Source: Schizochytrium sp. TIO01 (Eukaryota > Protista > Bigyra: Labyrinthulomycetes). Taken from it: 64,000 nucleotides of DNA. The notes under the pieces are model-generated. The model had not been told where the DNA came from. It was given only the letters and a program-made list of their open reading frames with translations, and did no database searches. Within the stretch, counting starts at the first letter, position 1. Each line of letters begins with the position of its first letter. Shown in pieces: positions 33,322-45,313 of the stretch. The stretch is from NCBI GenBank assembly GCA_004764695.1, contig SMSO01000034.1, positions 248,001 through 312,000 of the forward strand, given 5' to 3'. The position numbers and the translations under genes are program-made.

Positions 33322-35699
33322 ATTTTTTTCTTTCACGGTCTTAAATCACAAGCTCCATTAGAGATCGGCTTCATCCCAAAGTCTTTAATTACCGCAGCAT
33401 TCCATCTCCCACAACAGCCTTTCGTCTCGCTGCCTGCGTCTCCATCACATCGTTCATCATTTTCCTATTTCCCTAGACCCTCACATTTAGCCCAGCAAAT
33501 CCGGCCAACATCTCTTCTTCGCGCTGCCAGCCGCTCGATCCTGCCTCTCTCCCGACCTCCTTCACCATCCCCAAACCCCGCTTTAGCGCAAACCAAACCT
33601 CAAAACTCCACCCACACCTCTTTCAACCGCCCGCATTTCCCTCTCCAAATCCAACTTCGTCCACATTCATCGCTCTCCCAATCAATCAATCAATCAACCA
33701 AATCAACCAAATCAAACCAAAGTCAATCTTCGATGGATATCCGCTCCTTTACCCTAATACAGCCGGGCCAGCGGGACGTCTTATGCCCGTCTCCACTGCG
33801 CCGCCTCCCATATTGCGCAATACAATGTGGGGCTCGCGAGGTCCACCCGTTCTCGGGGCCAGCTTGGCGCGGCTTCCCCGCGTGCCCTTGGAAACCACCG
33901 CACTTCCGAGTGGCGTTGGGCTCAGCACGCTTCGGCGCCGAGGCTTAATTCCAAGTGCACTCCCTCCCTCAGGGGCTGACTTTCTTGGTTTGTTTGTTTA
34001 TTTGTGTACGCATTTCTTGGTCTTCGACGAAATCGCTTAACCTGCGCTGCTTCGTTGTCGCACGTTTTCGAAAGGTACGCAAACCTGATTGAGTGATTCT
34101 CAGCTTCGTTTGAAAGAAACTGCTCATTATTACCTTTCGAAGTCTTGGGAGAAACTTTATTATTATTACTACTTTCGTTTAAAATTTTCATTTTCACACT
34201 TTTTTTTGTTGTTGGTAGTTTTTACTTTTGATAAAATATAATAAAATAAAATAACATTAAAATGAAAAAAGGAAAAAGGAGAATGGTCATCATAATGCTG
34301 AATCAGCTGAAGATCACGAACGAGACCAAGAAGAAAAAGCACATTTCAAGCCCCCGAGCCGCCGCCCAGTCAGAGCGTCTGGCGCGTAGCAGCCTGCTCT
34401 TGCCCTTCCTCCCCAAGAACCTCAGAGCCGCGCTCCTCAAAGTACCCTTCTAATAACTCCAACATCAACTCCAACTTCATCTTCAACTTCAAGTTCACGG
34501 CCATTTCCCATTGCACTGCTGCATTACATTAGTCCTACCGTTATGCCCATCTGGCCGCCTCTAGCGCACCCTCTAAATCGCTCATTTCTTGCTTGCTTGC
34601 AACCTATTTCTCAAACTATCATCGTGACGTCGAGCCAATGTCGCAGCGCGGTTGCAGTTCGTGGCAACGCAGGTGGCTATGTTCAAGTGCACCTCCTCTG
34701 CAGCGGCGCCGGAATGAGTGACTGATTGATTGACTGACTGATTGATTGATTGATTGATGGAACGAGTGCTTGAGTGTGCTGTGTCACCGCCATCGACGTC
34801 GCACTTTTTATTGTCTCCCTCACTGAGAGAGCTTCAATATGGCGAGTCATCGACTCCAACTTTTAAAACCCCATTCGCTTTCAGTTATTTTCACATAATA
34901 AATTATATTAACAAAAAACATTCTTTTATAAAGCTATTGGTTAAATTAGCAATAAAATAACAACAAACGATCAGGAACATAGAAATCACAGAAATCATTG
35001 GAAAAGGTGATCAATCATTCATTGATTCATTGATTGATTCATTCATTTCTTCTTTACCGCCTAGGACCTCCTATCACTTACTACCCAATACTCAGCCACA
35101 GCCGTTCTCTGCCTCTTTGTGTTGGCTGGCCTACAGAACCAGCGCTTCCATCAGGAACGGGCGTCTTTCCTCCTCCAGCCTGCCGCCAGGCCTCAACCGA
35201 GGGCTCTCCGCAGGCCGTCTTTATCGTTCTTCTCCCTCTGCCTCTGCCTCTCCCGCCGCCTTCGAAGCCTCCATGGCATTCCTTCATTCTCTCAGTTTCT
35301 CCAATCAATCAATCATTCATTCTGCGCTTTCTCTCTCTCTCTCTCTCTCTCTCACCTGTGAGCTAGGCGGTCCGCTAGCCAGTGCTACCCATAGCAGTCA
35401 GCTACGCCGGTATAGCCAAAGGCTGCTGCTGCTTTTATCTAAGGCCCATGAGGGCTCGAGAATTGCTCTCTGAGGCGAAGGGGTTTCCGGCGACGTTCTT
35501 GGCGATGCCTTCGTCGTCGTTGGAGTCGCTGATAGGGAGAGCAAGCGTCAGCAGAGGCGTCGTCGCGCGGCTTCGTAGGCGCCGGGACCAGAAAGCGAAG
35601 GCGAAAGTGCAGGCGGCTTGATCAATGAATCAGTCAATCAATCAATCTTGAGGGGCCTGAAAGAACTGGAAAGAACTGGAAAGAACTGGAGCTCATTGA

Positions 35700-35700
35700 G

Positions 35701-35755
<55 letters not shown>

Positions 35756-35756
35756 A
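35700..35756. repeat. (GAAA)n microsatellite
   Basis: Direct reading. Confidence 0.95.
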
Positions 35757-38379
35757 CGATTTGCTTCGATTCTTTGGGAACTCGAAGAATTGCGCGAGCT
35801 TCGCCGTCGAACAAGCGCAGGGTACGCTCGAAAGCTTTGGTTGGCGGAACGAGTGCTCGGGGAGCGGAGTCGCGAGGCTGCCTGCCTGCCTACCTGCGTG
35901 CCTGGAGACCTTGCTTTCCCTGGGCTCGCTCCGAGTTATTGTGAGGTTCTCAATCATCGCCACCGAAGCCAGCGCGTAGGCACTGCTAGCGTTTCGCGTA
36001 ACCACTGCTATCACACCCTCTATATTTACTCTGATGAGTGAACGATTGAATGAACGAATGAATGAGTGAATGAGTGAGTGAATGAATATGAGTGATGTGA
36101 ACATTATTATTCGCTCAATGTTGTTGTTATTGCAAATGCGATGCTGTCGAATAAAAGATGGTACATGTGTTGAAGAATCGTCGAAAGAGCTTCAAGAACT
36201 TCTTACCTTCTCTGCTCTGCTCACAAAAGCAAACAGCGAAGTGTTTTTCAGGAAGGCTTTCCGCCTTGAAGACCGAGTCGTTGCTGCCTCTAAAGTTCTG
36301 CTGTTCTGCATGATTTATTATATCATCTCCAAGAAAGAATCCTTCATGATGATGAAATGATCTGATCTTCATCGCTGTACTTCGAAATAGGTATATATAT
36401 ATACTAATGCTAAGTATGCGCAGATTCGGTTCATAGATTCATTCATAGAAAGGGCTTGCTTGCTTGCTTGACCTGTTCAACTCTTGAAAGTGCTTGAGAA
36501 ATTCCTAACGAATTGCAACAACTTTTCAACGTAGAGTGAGCAGCGATTTTAATTTCGACTCCTCATAACTAGCGAGCTGTCCTGATCTTCAACTTACTTT
36601 ATCCCCAGAGGCCTTCATCAAATCACTCAGAACTTGTCAGAAATGCTAACCGCGTGCGCTTTCCTCCTCGTTCTTGGACTCCTTCACACCCGCGTGCGCC
36701 GCCAACTCGGAGCCTCCTACCCTTTACCTTAGTAAATCGCAGCTCTTCCCATGCCCTTTTTTTTTTTTTTTTTTACTACATTACGATGACGCCCGATCTA
36801 TGGAGCTGATGTTGGTCACGAGTACATAGTGTGTGTAATGTAATCTTAACAGTACGTAGCCTTGAGATGATGATGATGAATGCTGCAGAGTCATCAGTAC
36901 CTCCCTCCGCAGTGATAACGGCAGTGATTTATGTATAGGTGATGGCGAACCGATGATGCGTGTGATGATGCCGAGGAACCAGTGGTGGTGCTGTAGCGCC
37001 GCTCATGAGGAGGCGTAGCGTGACGCATCGCTGTGCTGCAGAGACTCCGACACATATTCTCGCTCGCACTTACTTCGGAGCGGTAGGGGTGTGGTAGCAG
37101 TTTATGCTAGCAAGAGGCTGTAAACACAAAGTAGCACCTTTCTTTGAATATGTTCAGAAGGCGAGAAACTTCTTCTTTTTTCTTTCTTTTTACACGTTAT
37201 AATAAAAGTAAACATAAATTGAATGTTTTTCGAAAGTCGAGTTGGAGAGGAAGTGAGGCTAGAGCATTGCAGGAGAGGCACCAAATGGATGGATGCTGTT
37301 ATTCTTGAGTGCGTTTATGAACACAACTCAAGTCAAGAAACGCGGCAGAGAATGGAGCAGACCAGGCCGGTCACGATGAATCAGTCAAGAAGCCGAAGGT
37401 TGTTGATTTCTGGCGGCGTCACGAGCGGTGACTGCCGTGAAAGAAATCAAATTTCCGTGTGCTCGGGTGTAAGGCATTTATTTTCAAAGAGCTCGAGTTG
37501 AATGGCGGATGCGGCTTCCGAGAGAGGATTTTTGGACAGTTCATAGAGAAGAAATGGCGGAATACTTTTCCTCAGCGACAGAGACGATGGTTATGAGCTG
37601 TTAGTTAATGCATACATAGCCAGGTACCCACACATCGTATCGTTGTGAGCACTAAAGACGTCCATTCATTCTATTTGTAAACCAGAGACTTCGAAGAAGT
37701 TGGACTTTAAGAGCTTTGGGTTGGTTGAAATGCTGCCTAAAAAACGACAGGAGGCAGCGTTCCGCTGTAAATAATCGCATGCTTTCCCAGAATTGATTTC
37801 CCAGAATTTGCATGATTGATTTGCTGGAGTTTATGGAGGTACCTGTAAACTTTTCGTCAAATGACGGTTGTAAGTAGCCAGGTCCCTAATTTCAATCTGC
37901 ACGAATCCTTTCGCGGAAATCTTGCCCCCAACGCTAGTGGCCACCAGCTGGACCAGGGCAGAAGTGACGCTGCTATCAGCGGTCGTGACGCTGGCGCCGA
38001 GAGCCTGCATGTACATCTCGCACCTTGATTCGTGCAGGATGGATTCTGGATTGGCCATCACAATAATAACATTATCATTAACGCATTGTGGGACCACGTG
38101 GACCATGATTACTTTGAGTAGTTTATTACTATTATTAGTCAATCTTTTGGTGGCATGTCAGCGATGACATTTCTTCGCTCTGGCCAGCTAGCTAGATTCG
38201 GCAGCGCTTCAGAGATTGCTGCAAAACAGCCATCTCTGCCTTCGAGTGCGTTTCTTGGCGCCGTTGATTTTCCTGCACCGCAGCCCCAAAGCCCTCCATC
38301 TTACCGCCACAAACCGCCCAACATTCTGCAAATGAAGCGATTCATTTCGATCGATCGATTGAGCTCACTCGTCGCCAAA

Positions 38380-38422
38380 TCTGCTCTGCTCTGCTCTGCT
38401 CTGCTCTGCTCTGCTCTGCTCT
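38380..38422. repeat. (CTCTG)n microsatellite
   Basis: Direct reading. Confidence 0.9.
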
Positions 38423-40146
38423 GTGCACATTACATTTCTTGGATTCATGGCCATTACACTAAATGACACAGTCACAGTTCCTTTTTATACACTTTGGGTA
38501 CTAAGAAAGAGTAGGTAGAAGGGCAACAGCTAAGAGACGAGGGGGTCTTCGCAGGCAGTCCAATTGGCGCCAACGCCACCAATATCTCGGAGCTCGAGCG
38601 AGTGACTCAGCTGCGAAATCCAGCAGCGAGCAAGACGCCGCGGCGCTCCACGAGTCGCCAGTCGGTGTTTGTTTAGTTACTTGCTTACCCATAGTTCTTC
38701 GCAGCCTCAGACATCATATCTTGAAGAATTCCATGCTCATTCTCACTCATTTACATGCCTCGATTCTTCAGTTCCCAAGGTTGACGTCAGCACCGGGAGC
38801 GCTATAGATAACGGTAGGAGGTGCTACCAGCAGCAGGGTGCACTGGTACCGCCGACCTCCGACTTCCTGCAAGTTTCTTGATTGATTTCTTGGGCCAACG
38901 ATAGAGAGCCTTGGAAGCCTTTCGACGACGACGCTGAGTCGACCTGAGCTTGGTTCCAAGCCGGCTCAGGCGTGCGTTTCGTCACCGTGATTGGCTGCCT
39001 CCCGCGTTTATTTGCTCGCCCGTCGATTGGTTGGTTGGTTGGCTGGCTGGTTTGCTGATCTTGATCTCTCGGCTTTGCAATATTAAAAAATATTAATTGC
39101 TTTTCTTTTCTTTCTTTCTTTCTTTCTTTCGTGAGAAGAAGAAGAAGAAAGACACAGCGAACGATTCCTCTCACGTTGTGTGCTTTAGCAACTCTTACAT
39201 ATTTATTAAAAAAAGAAAAAGAAAAAAGAAGTTACCTTCTGGTTGATTTCAAAGTTTATTTTCATCCAAAGTAAATAAATAAGCACTAATTAACTAAAGA
39301 GTGATAATAAACTGTTGTTTCTGATTCAGAAAGAAAAGGGATCGAAATTGCTTCCACACCGAACTTTAGAGACACTTTGTTTCTTTCCACTTTTCTTTTT
39401 CAAAGGTTGGAAGAGGAACGAAGTTTGGCGATGGAGATGATTCACGAACTCCTCTCTCTCTCTCTCTATCCGTCTCTGTCTTCTCCGCTAAGCGTAGGCC
39501 GCGTGCGTAAGCATCTCCCCCCCCTTCCCCGACTCCCCCCGACCTTTATCCACCCTCACTCCTTCGCCTTCGATGCCCAATCTCCAAGAAAACCAAGAAT
39601 ATTGCACAAAAGAAGCAAAGAAACAGAAAACCAAAAGAAGCGACACCATCGAAACATCAATCGATCAATCGATCAATCGATCAATCAATCAATCAATCAT
39701 TTACTTACAACTTTCAAAAAAACTTTAAACACAATCAATCAAAATCGCGGCTCCCGCTGCCGCCCCTACCGTTTACGCTAGCCGCCCCTACCACTGCGGT
39801 GGTAGTTACTTACTTCCTTACTTACTTACTGGAAGCGCCTGCCACTAGCACCGTCTACGCCTCCACTAGGAGCCGCCGCCTCCTCTCTTCTGTTCGAAAA
39901 GAGGAAATTGGTCGCTCTGGCGCCAGCTGCGACCTGCTAAGGTAAACTGTAGGGGTGTGCTAGCGCACGGGCGGATTGCGGGGGGCGGTCCTAGCGGCGG
40001 GTAGGTGAGTGGTAGGCGTGTGGTAGCAGAAGGAGGCGAAAGAAGAGATTTGGGCGGCGAGGGCATTCATGGCCACGACAGCAAACCCGCAACTCGAAGC
40101 CTCACTGCAATTCAATCGTAGAAACTCACATCACAAGTCAGCCAAG

Positions 40147-40422
40147 ATGTTCCGTCAGACTATCACCCGCGCTGCCCGCGTGCAGCAGGCCGGCGCCCGC
40201 AAGTTCTCCACCATGGACAAGGTGCCCCAGAAGGGTCTCTCCGAGGGCGGCCACCTCAACGTGCTCCAGCGCGACCCCCCCGTCATGGAGAAGTGGATGA
40301 ACTTCAAGGCCTCCCCCGAGATCATCCCCATCGTCGGCATCGTCGGCTTCGCCCTCTGCCTCGCCACCTACAAGACCTTCGTCGTCGACGGCATGAACAA
40401 GCCCTTCGTCAAGCGCCTCTAA
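40147..40422 (+). CDS. Small mitochondrial single-TM protein, NDUFA4/B12D-like
   Basis: 91 aa from ATG 40147. Arg-rich transit-peptide-like N-terminus (MFRQTITRAAR...RKFS), PEIIPIVGIVGFAL motif plus a TM helix, and extreme C/G-ending codon bias. Confidence 0.7.
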   Translation: MFRQTITRAARVQQAGARKFSTMDKVPQKGLSEGGHLNVLQRDPPVMEKWMNFKASPEIIPIVGIVGFALCLATYKTFVVDGMNKPFVKRL

Positions 40423-40957
40423 GCGAGCGCCCGCCACGACTGACTGAGCTTTGCCTGCTTGGACCAGAACGAACTGCTGTCTGACTTCTCTACCAAACCA
40501 ACAACGCTGTCTCTCTCTCTTCAACATCCCTCGCGCCCGGCCAGCCCAGCTTTGAAGCAGCCGCGGCCTCCTCAGCTAAACCCTGCAAACACCAACTACA
40601 CTACACATCCGTATAAACTAGAACGATTGTGAAACATACCTATCCAAACCCATCCTCATCCATACTCTTGAACCGTCTCCGCCCAAGGCTTCCCGGCCTT
40701 GGCTTGGCTGCTGCTGGTTGGCCCACACCGCACAACTATATGCGAGCTCGCTGCTCGAGGAGGACCTCGAAAAGGACTTCGAAAAGGACCTCGAGAGCGC
40801 CGCCATTGACGTCGCCAGGTGTCGCAGAATCTCGGCCGCAGGGCTCCACATTGCAGGAATCTGCATCGCTCGTCGGCGTCATCATCATCATAGCGCCACA
40901 AGTGCGGGGACCTGAGAATTCGACGCTGCGCGACACAAAGAAATGAACGCGAGGACT

Positions 40958-41035
40958 TGCGATGCGATGCGATGCGATGCGATGCGATGCGATGCGATGC
41001 GATGCGATGCGATGCGATGCGATGCGATGCGATGC
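40958..41035. repeat. (GATGC)n pentanucleotide microsatellite
   Basis: About 15 perfect units. Confidence 0.97.
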
Positions 41036-42129
41036 AGCGTGTGCGAGGATGGGTGGAGTGAGGGGAATACCGAAGCAGCGGCGCAGCGGAGGACCTCCAT
41101 CGTCGTGCACATGCTGAGTTGAACAAGATATTGTTTCTGGCCAGAGGAAAGAAGAAGAAGAAAAGTAATGATTAAAGGAAAAAAAAAATGATAATAAGAC
41201 TAATAGGACACTAAGTGCGACGAACGATCCGTTGTCGACCAGAGCGTGGGCGAGCACGAAGAGTGGAGGAGTAGAAAGACTTGATGATGCAGGGCACCTG
41301 CGAAGTATTTCCAATGGCGCGGCTGAAGTCGCCCTGTGGTTTGCAGGTGTTATTCATTCTCTCCGACGGGTGAAGTGGGGACTAGCTGGGACAGTCAGTC
41401 TTGGCTCAATTGAAGAAAAAGACCGTTTCGGAAGTGACAGGTGTAGAGTATAGTGATATTATGGCACAAGCAGCAGCATTGGTTAACGGAGTGGCCCAAA
41501 CCCTGTTTTGAGCGGCCACCGCATCGCTGCGAGTTTTCAAATTCTTCTGGTTGGTGGATGGTAGGACGTAGCTGAAAAATAAAATCGCTTAATGAATTGA
41601 CATGTATGAAGCTGGAGGGCGAGACGAGTTTATTCCTGGAAGTGAATCTCTCTCACGTACACCAAAGGAGTTCGCTCAACATTTATAGAGGAAATATATC
41701 TTTGCGAGCTTTTTCTACCTAAAAGAAAAATGAAGAAATACATGGGTTGCCTTCCCGGCTGCTAGAACACAAATTGTGGATTTTTTCTGTGCAAAAAGGG
41801 ACACAAAGTTGTACAAGAAAATAAGAATTCTTCTTGCATCATGCAATGCATCTCGTAATCAACTTATGCTATGTCCGTATACTTTCTGAACAAACGCATT
41901 CTTGATAAAACTTTCTATTATACGATAGGGAGGCAGGCCATTTGCTTTTGTTGTACTTATAATCCAGCAAGTTAGCTCTCCTCGTTCATGCTATCTAAAG
42001 ATGGTGTATTTATGCTGAGACTTGAGTCTACCAGCGGTGGATGACTTTTCGTTTTATAAAAATTAGATACACTTTGGATGTTTTGTTTGACGGCAACCTG
42101 GGTACTATTTTTCTCAACACTTTTGAAAT

Positions 42130-42740
42130 ATTCCTTACAAATATAATCTCTTTTCAAAGAGGATTTAGAGGAACTCACTCCCAGATAAAAGTTTCTGGTC
42201 GTACATTTCTTTGGGGCTCCCTTGCAAAATATTCACTTTTCAAAGGGGATTTGTGGAAGTCGTTCCCAGAGAAAATTTTATGGTGGTACATTTCTTTGGG
42301 GCTCCCTTGCAAAATATTCACTTTTCAAAGAGGATTTCAGTGGAGGTCGTTCCCAGAGAAAAGTTGTGGGTCATACATTTCTTTTGGGCTGGCTCCCTTG
42401 CAGAATGTTCACTTTTCAAAGAGGATCTTAGTGGAACTCATTCCCAGAGAAAAGTTGTTGGTCGTACATTTCTTTTGGGCTGGCTCCCTTGCAGAATATC
42501 CACTTTTCAAAGAGGATTTCAGTGGAAGTCGTTCCCAGAGATTTTTTTTTTAAGTGGTACATTTCTTTTGGGCTGGCCCCCTTGCAGAATGTTCACTTTT
42601 CAAAGAGGGTTTTAGTGGAACTCATTCCCAGAGAAAAGTTGCATATAGTAGAGCTTTGGGGAGTACTTATTCCTTACAAAATGTTTATCTATTTTTCAGA
42701 GAGAATCTTAGCGGAAATCATTCTCAGTGAAGAATGTTTT
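42130..42740. repeat. ~85-93-bp minisatellite, 5 good copies plus about 2 degenerate flanking copies
   Basis: TACATTTCTTT...CCCTTGCA.AAT.T.CACTTTTCAAAG.GG.T...TTCCCAGAGA units start at 42202, 42287, 42374, 42465 and 42558. Confidence 0.92.
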
Positions 42741-43732
42741 GTAGTAGAACTTGGGGAAATAATTTTTGCTTGACGTTGGAAAAAGTCAAAACTCTTAACA
42801 CTATTCAACGAAGTAGTTTGGGCGAGTGTATGAGGTACCAGTTAAAATAAGACAGTAGTATCGTAAATGAACATGTGGACTCTAAGGAAAGTCCGTATTC
42901 ACCTTCACCGCAAAACACCAGTTTGAAGGATCCTACATTTTACAATTAGCCGGATACTGTCTTTTAGGTCACAATTTCACATTAAAGTGTTCAAAAAGTT
43001 TACAACTCTCAAGCAGAGACAAGAGCTCGACGAAACCCCTTTTGCATGCGGAACTTGTAAACATGCAAGCTTCAATTAATCTCGGAAAGGAAAAAGAAAG
43101 AAACCACCACCTCGTAAACAATCTCTTAAAATTCCCTACCCATGGCAAAGGAGTGCGCTTGCTACATGCCAATTTTATGTAGTGTATATGATCCAAATCT
43201 GGAAAAAGCGTGGTGGGAGAAAGGAGCAAACCAGAAAGAAAGTCAAATCGTTAACGCATGTATGTATGTCTATATGTCTAAAGCATTTTTTTGTGTTTTC
43301 GTTGCAACAAAGTGATATTTTGATGCAAGCCGTGTAGGGTGGTTGATGGGTTTTGGGGTGGGGTACCATGTACCCAAGCGGAATGGGTAGGGTGCAGCCG
43401 AGCTCAAGGCGAAGTGGAATGAAATTCGCATAAAGTTTTTTTTTTTGAGCAGAATGAGGCGCTCGCGCGCGCGCAACGGTCAACCCTCATAAGCTCACGT
43501 TTGCGTGTCTTTCTTATTCTCTTATAGTAACTTTGTCTAGCCGATCAATCTGTGCACAGATGACACAGCGGGTTATAGGAACGAAGATGTTTGGTCGCGA
43601 TAATGCTTTTGCTCCCAACCTCCTGTTGGAACAACAGAATGAAGAGGAGGAGAAGCAAAACGAGGATGCAAAAAGAAGAAGATGAAGGAGTTGTTCATGT
43701 ACTACGCCTTGCATACAGACTCGACTGCCAAA

Positions 43733-45313
43733 TCAGCACTGAGAAGGCGTGGAGCGCACACTGCGCTCGCGGTTCAGTTTCGCAACATCGTTGCGCTCGG
43801 CGGCCAGCGAGGAAAAGTACTCGAGGTCGACGTCATTGGTCACGTAGCAGCCCGAGAAAGTAGATCCCTCAAAGGTCTGGAGCTCGGGGTTGATGGCGCG
43901 GACCGAGTCCTCAAGGTCAGGGAGGTCTTGGAAGAGGACCCAGTCGCACTTGAGCTCGCTGGCGATCTCCTCGGTGGTGCGGCCGAAAGCGACAAGCTCG
44001 CTGGCCGTCGGGAGGTCAATACCATAAATGTTGGGGTGGCGAATCTCCGGAGCAGCACTGCAGAAGAACACCTTCTTGGCACCTGCATCGCGTGCCATGG
44101 ACACGAGCTGCATAGAGGTGGTTCCTCGCACGATGGAGTCGTCGACCAGAAGCACGTTCTTACCTTCGAACTCGGCCTTGACCGTGTTGAGCTTGAGACG
44201 CACGTTCTTCTTGCGCTGTGACTGCTCGGGCATGATGAAAGTACGGCCAATATACCTGTTCTTGATGAATCCCTCGCGGTACGGTTTGCCGAGTTTCTGT
44301 GCGAGCGCCAGTGCTGAAGTGCGACTGGTGTCGGGAATGGGGATCACGACGTCAATCTCGTCAACGTCATGTTCACGCTTGATCTTCTCCGCGAGCTTCT
44401 CGCCCATGAGGAGTCGCGATTCGTACACGGACACACCGTTCATGATGGTGTCCGGTCTCGCGAAGTACACGTACTCAAAGAGGCACGGCACCACAGTGTT
44501 GCCATCTCCGACAAGCTGCTTGGAGATGAGCCCAAGGTCATCACGGGGGTGGTTAGGCTTCATGGGAACTGCCAGCACGCACTCACCAGGCCTGATATCA
44601 CGGATCATCTCAAAGCCAAGGGTGTCGGAGGCAACGGACTCAGAGCTGAAGACGTAGTCGATACCTCCCTCGAGGGTCTGACTGGCGCGCTTACCCATCA
44701 TGATGGGGCGAATACCCCACGGGTCCCTGAAAGCCAAAACACCAACATCGTGAACCAGCATAACAACTGAGTATCCACCACGGCAGAGGTCCATTGTGCG
44801 CTTGACAGCCTCAAAAATGCAAGAAGGGGTAATCTTGGCCGAACGGGGTCCGCCACGGGAGTCGAGTTGGAGACGAAGCTCCTCAGCAAAGACGTTGAGG
44901 AGGGCCTCACTGTCACTCTGGGTGTTAAGGTGGCGGTGGAGGCCTCGCACGTGCTCCTGCAGTTGGCTCTTGTTCGTCAGGTTTCCGTTGTGCGCGAGCG
45001 CAAGGCCGCACGGGTAGTTGTTGTACATGGGCTGGGCCTCGTCAGCAGAAGAGGTGTGGCCAGCGGTCGGGTATCTGCAGTGACCAATACCGCAGTTGCC
45101 CTCAAGTTTCAACATCTCATCCTGGGTGAACACATCGCGCACAAGGCCGAGTGCCTTGCACTGGTTCAAGCGGGTAGAGTCTTCCGAGGTTGCAGAGGTC
45201 ACGATGCCGGCGGCATCTTGGCCACGGTGCTGGAGCACGGTAAGACCATCAAAGAGCGACTGACGGCAGTGAGCCGACTGGTCGGCAAGCAAAAGTCCGA
45301 GAATGGCGCACAT
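43733..45313 (-). CDS. purF: Amidophosphoribosyltransferase (glutamine PRPP amidotransferase)
   Basis: N-terminal nucleophile Cys2 (MCAILG), LQHRGQDAAG, GHCRYPTAG, HNGNL, CLFEYVYFARPD, PRPP-binding VLLVDDSIVRGTT, and strong codon bias. Confidence 0.98.
   Translation of the reverse strand: MCAILGLLLADQSAHCRQSLFDGLTVLQHRGQDAAGIVTSATSEDSTRLNQCKALGLVRDVFTQDEMLKLEGNCGIGHCRYPTAGHTSSADEAQPMYNNYPCGLALAHNGNLTNKSQLQEHVRGLHRHLNTQSDSEALLNVFAEELRLQLDSRGGPRSAKITPSCIFEAVKRTMDLCRGGYSVVMLVHDVGVLAFRDPWGIRPIMMGKRASQTLEGGIDYVFSSESVASDTLGFEMIRDIRPGECVLAVPMKPNHPRDDLGLISKQLVGDGNTVVPCLFEYVYFARPDTIMNGVSVYESRLLMGEKLAEKIKREHDVDEIDVVIPIPDTSRTSALALAQKLGKPYREGFIKNRYIGRTFIMPEQSQRKKNVRLKLNTVKAEFEGKNVLLVDDSIVRGTTSMQLVSMARDAGAKKVFFCSAAPEIRHPNIYGIDLPTASELVAFGRTTEEIASELKCDWVLFQDLPDLEDSVRAINPELQTFEGSTFSGCYVTNDVDLEYFSSLAAERNDVAKLNRERSVRSTPSQC

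Noticed and set aside
32993-33336. ORFs with FVCL repeats
   Set aside because: These are translations of the (CAAA)n microsatellite.
33718-33990. Assignment as RNase MRP/P, SRP or telomerase RNA
   Set aside because: GGGGCT and ACCCTAA are present, but the matching conserved elements (GAAAGUCCCC, SRP helix 8, a full template) are missing. Left as an unassigned candidate.
37831-38142. Faint resemblance of IVMANPESILHESRCEMYMQALGASV to a cysteine-synthase segment
   Set aside because: Too short, no PLP-lysine motif and no supporting flanks.
40618-41314. ORFs with IASHR repeats
   Set aside because: These are translations of the (GATGC)n microsatellite.
42130-42740. CRISPR-like appearance of regularly spaced repeats
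   Set aside because: The whole unit repeats with no unique spacers, there are no cas genes and the context is eukaryotic. The same applies to the 30-bp array around the transposon.
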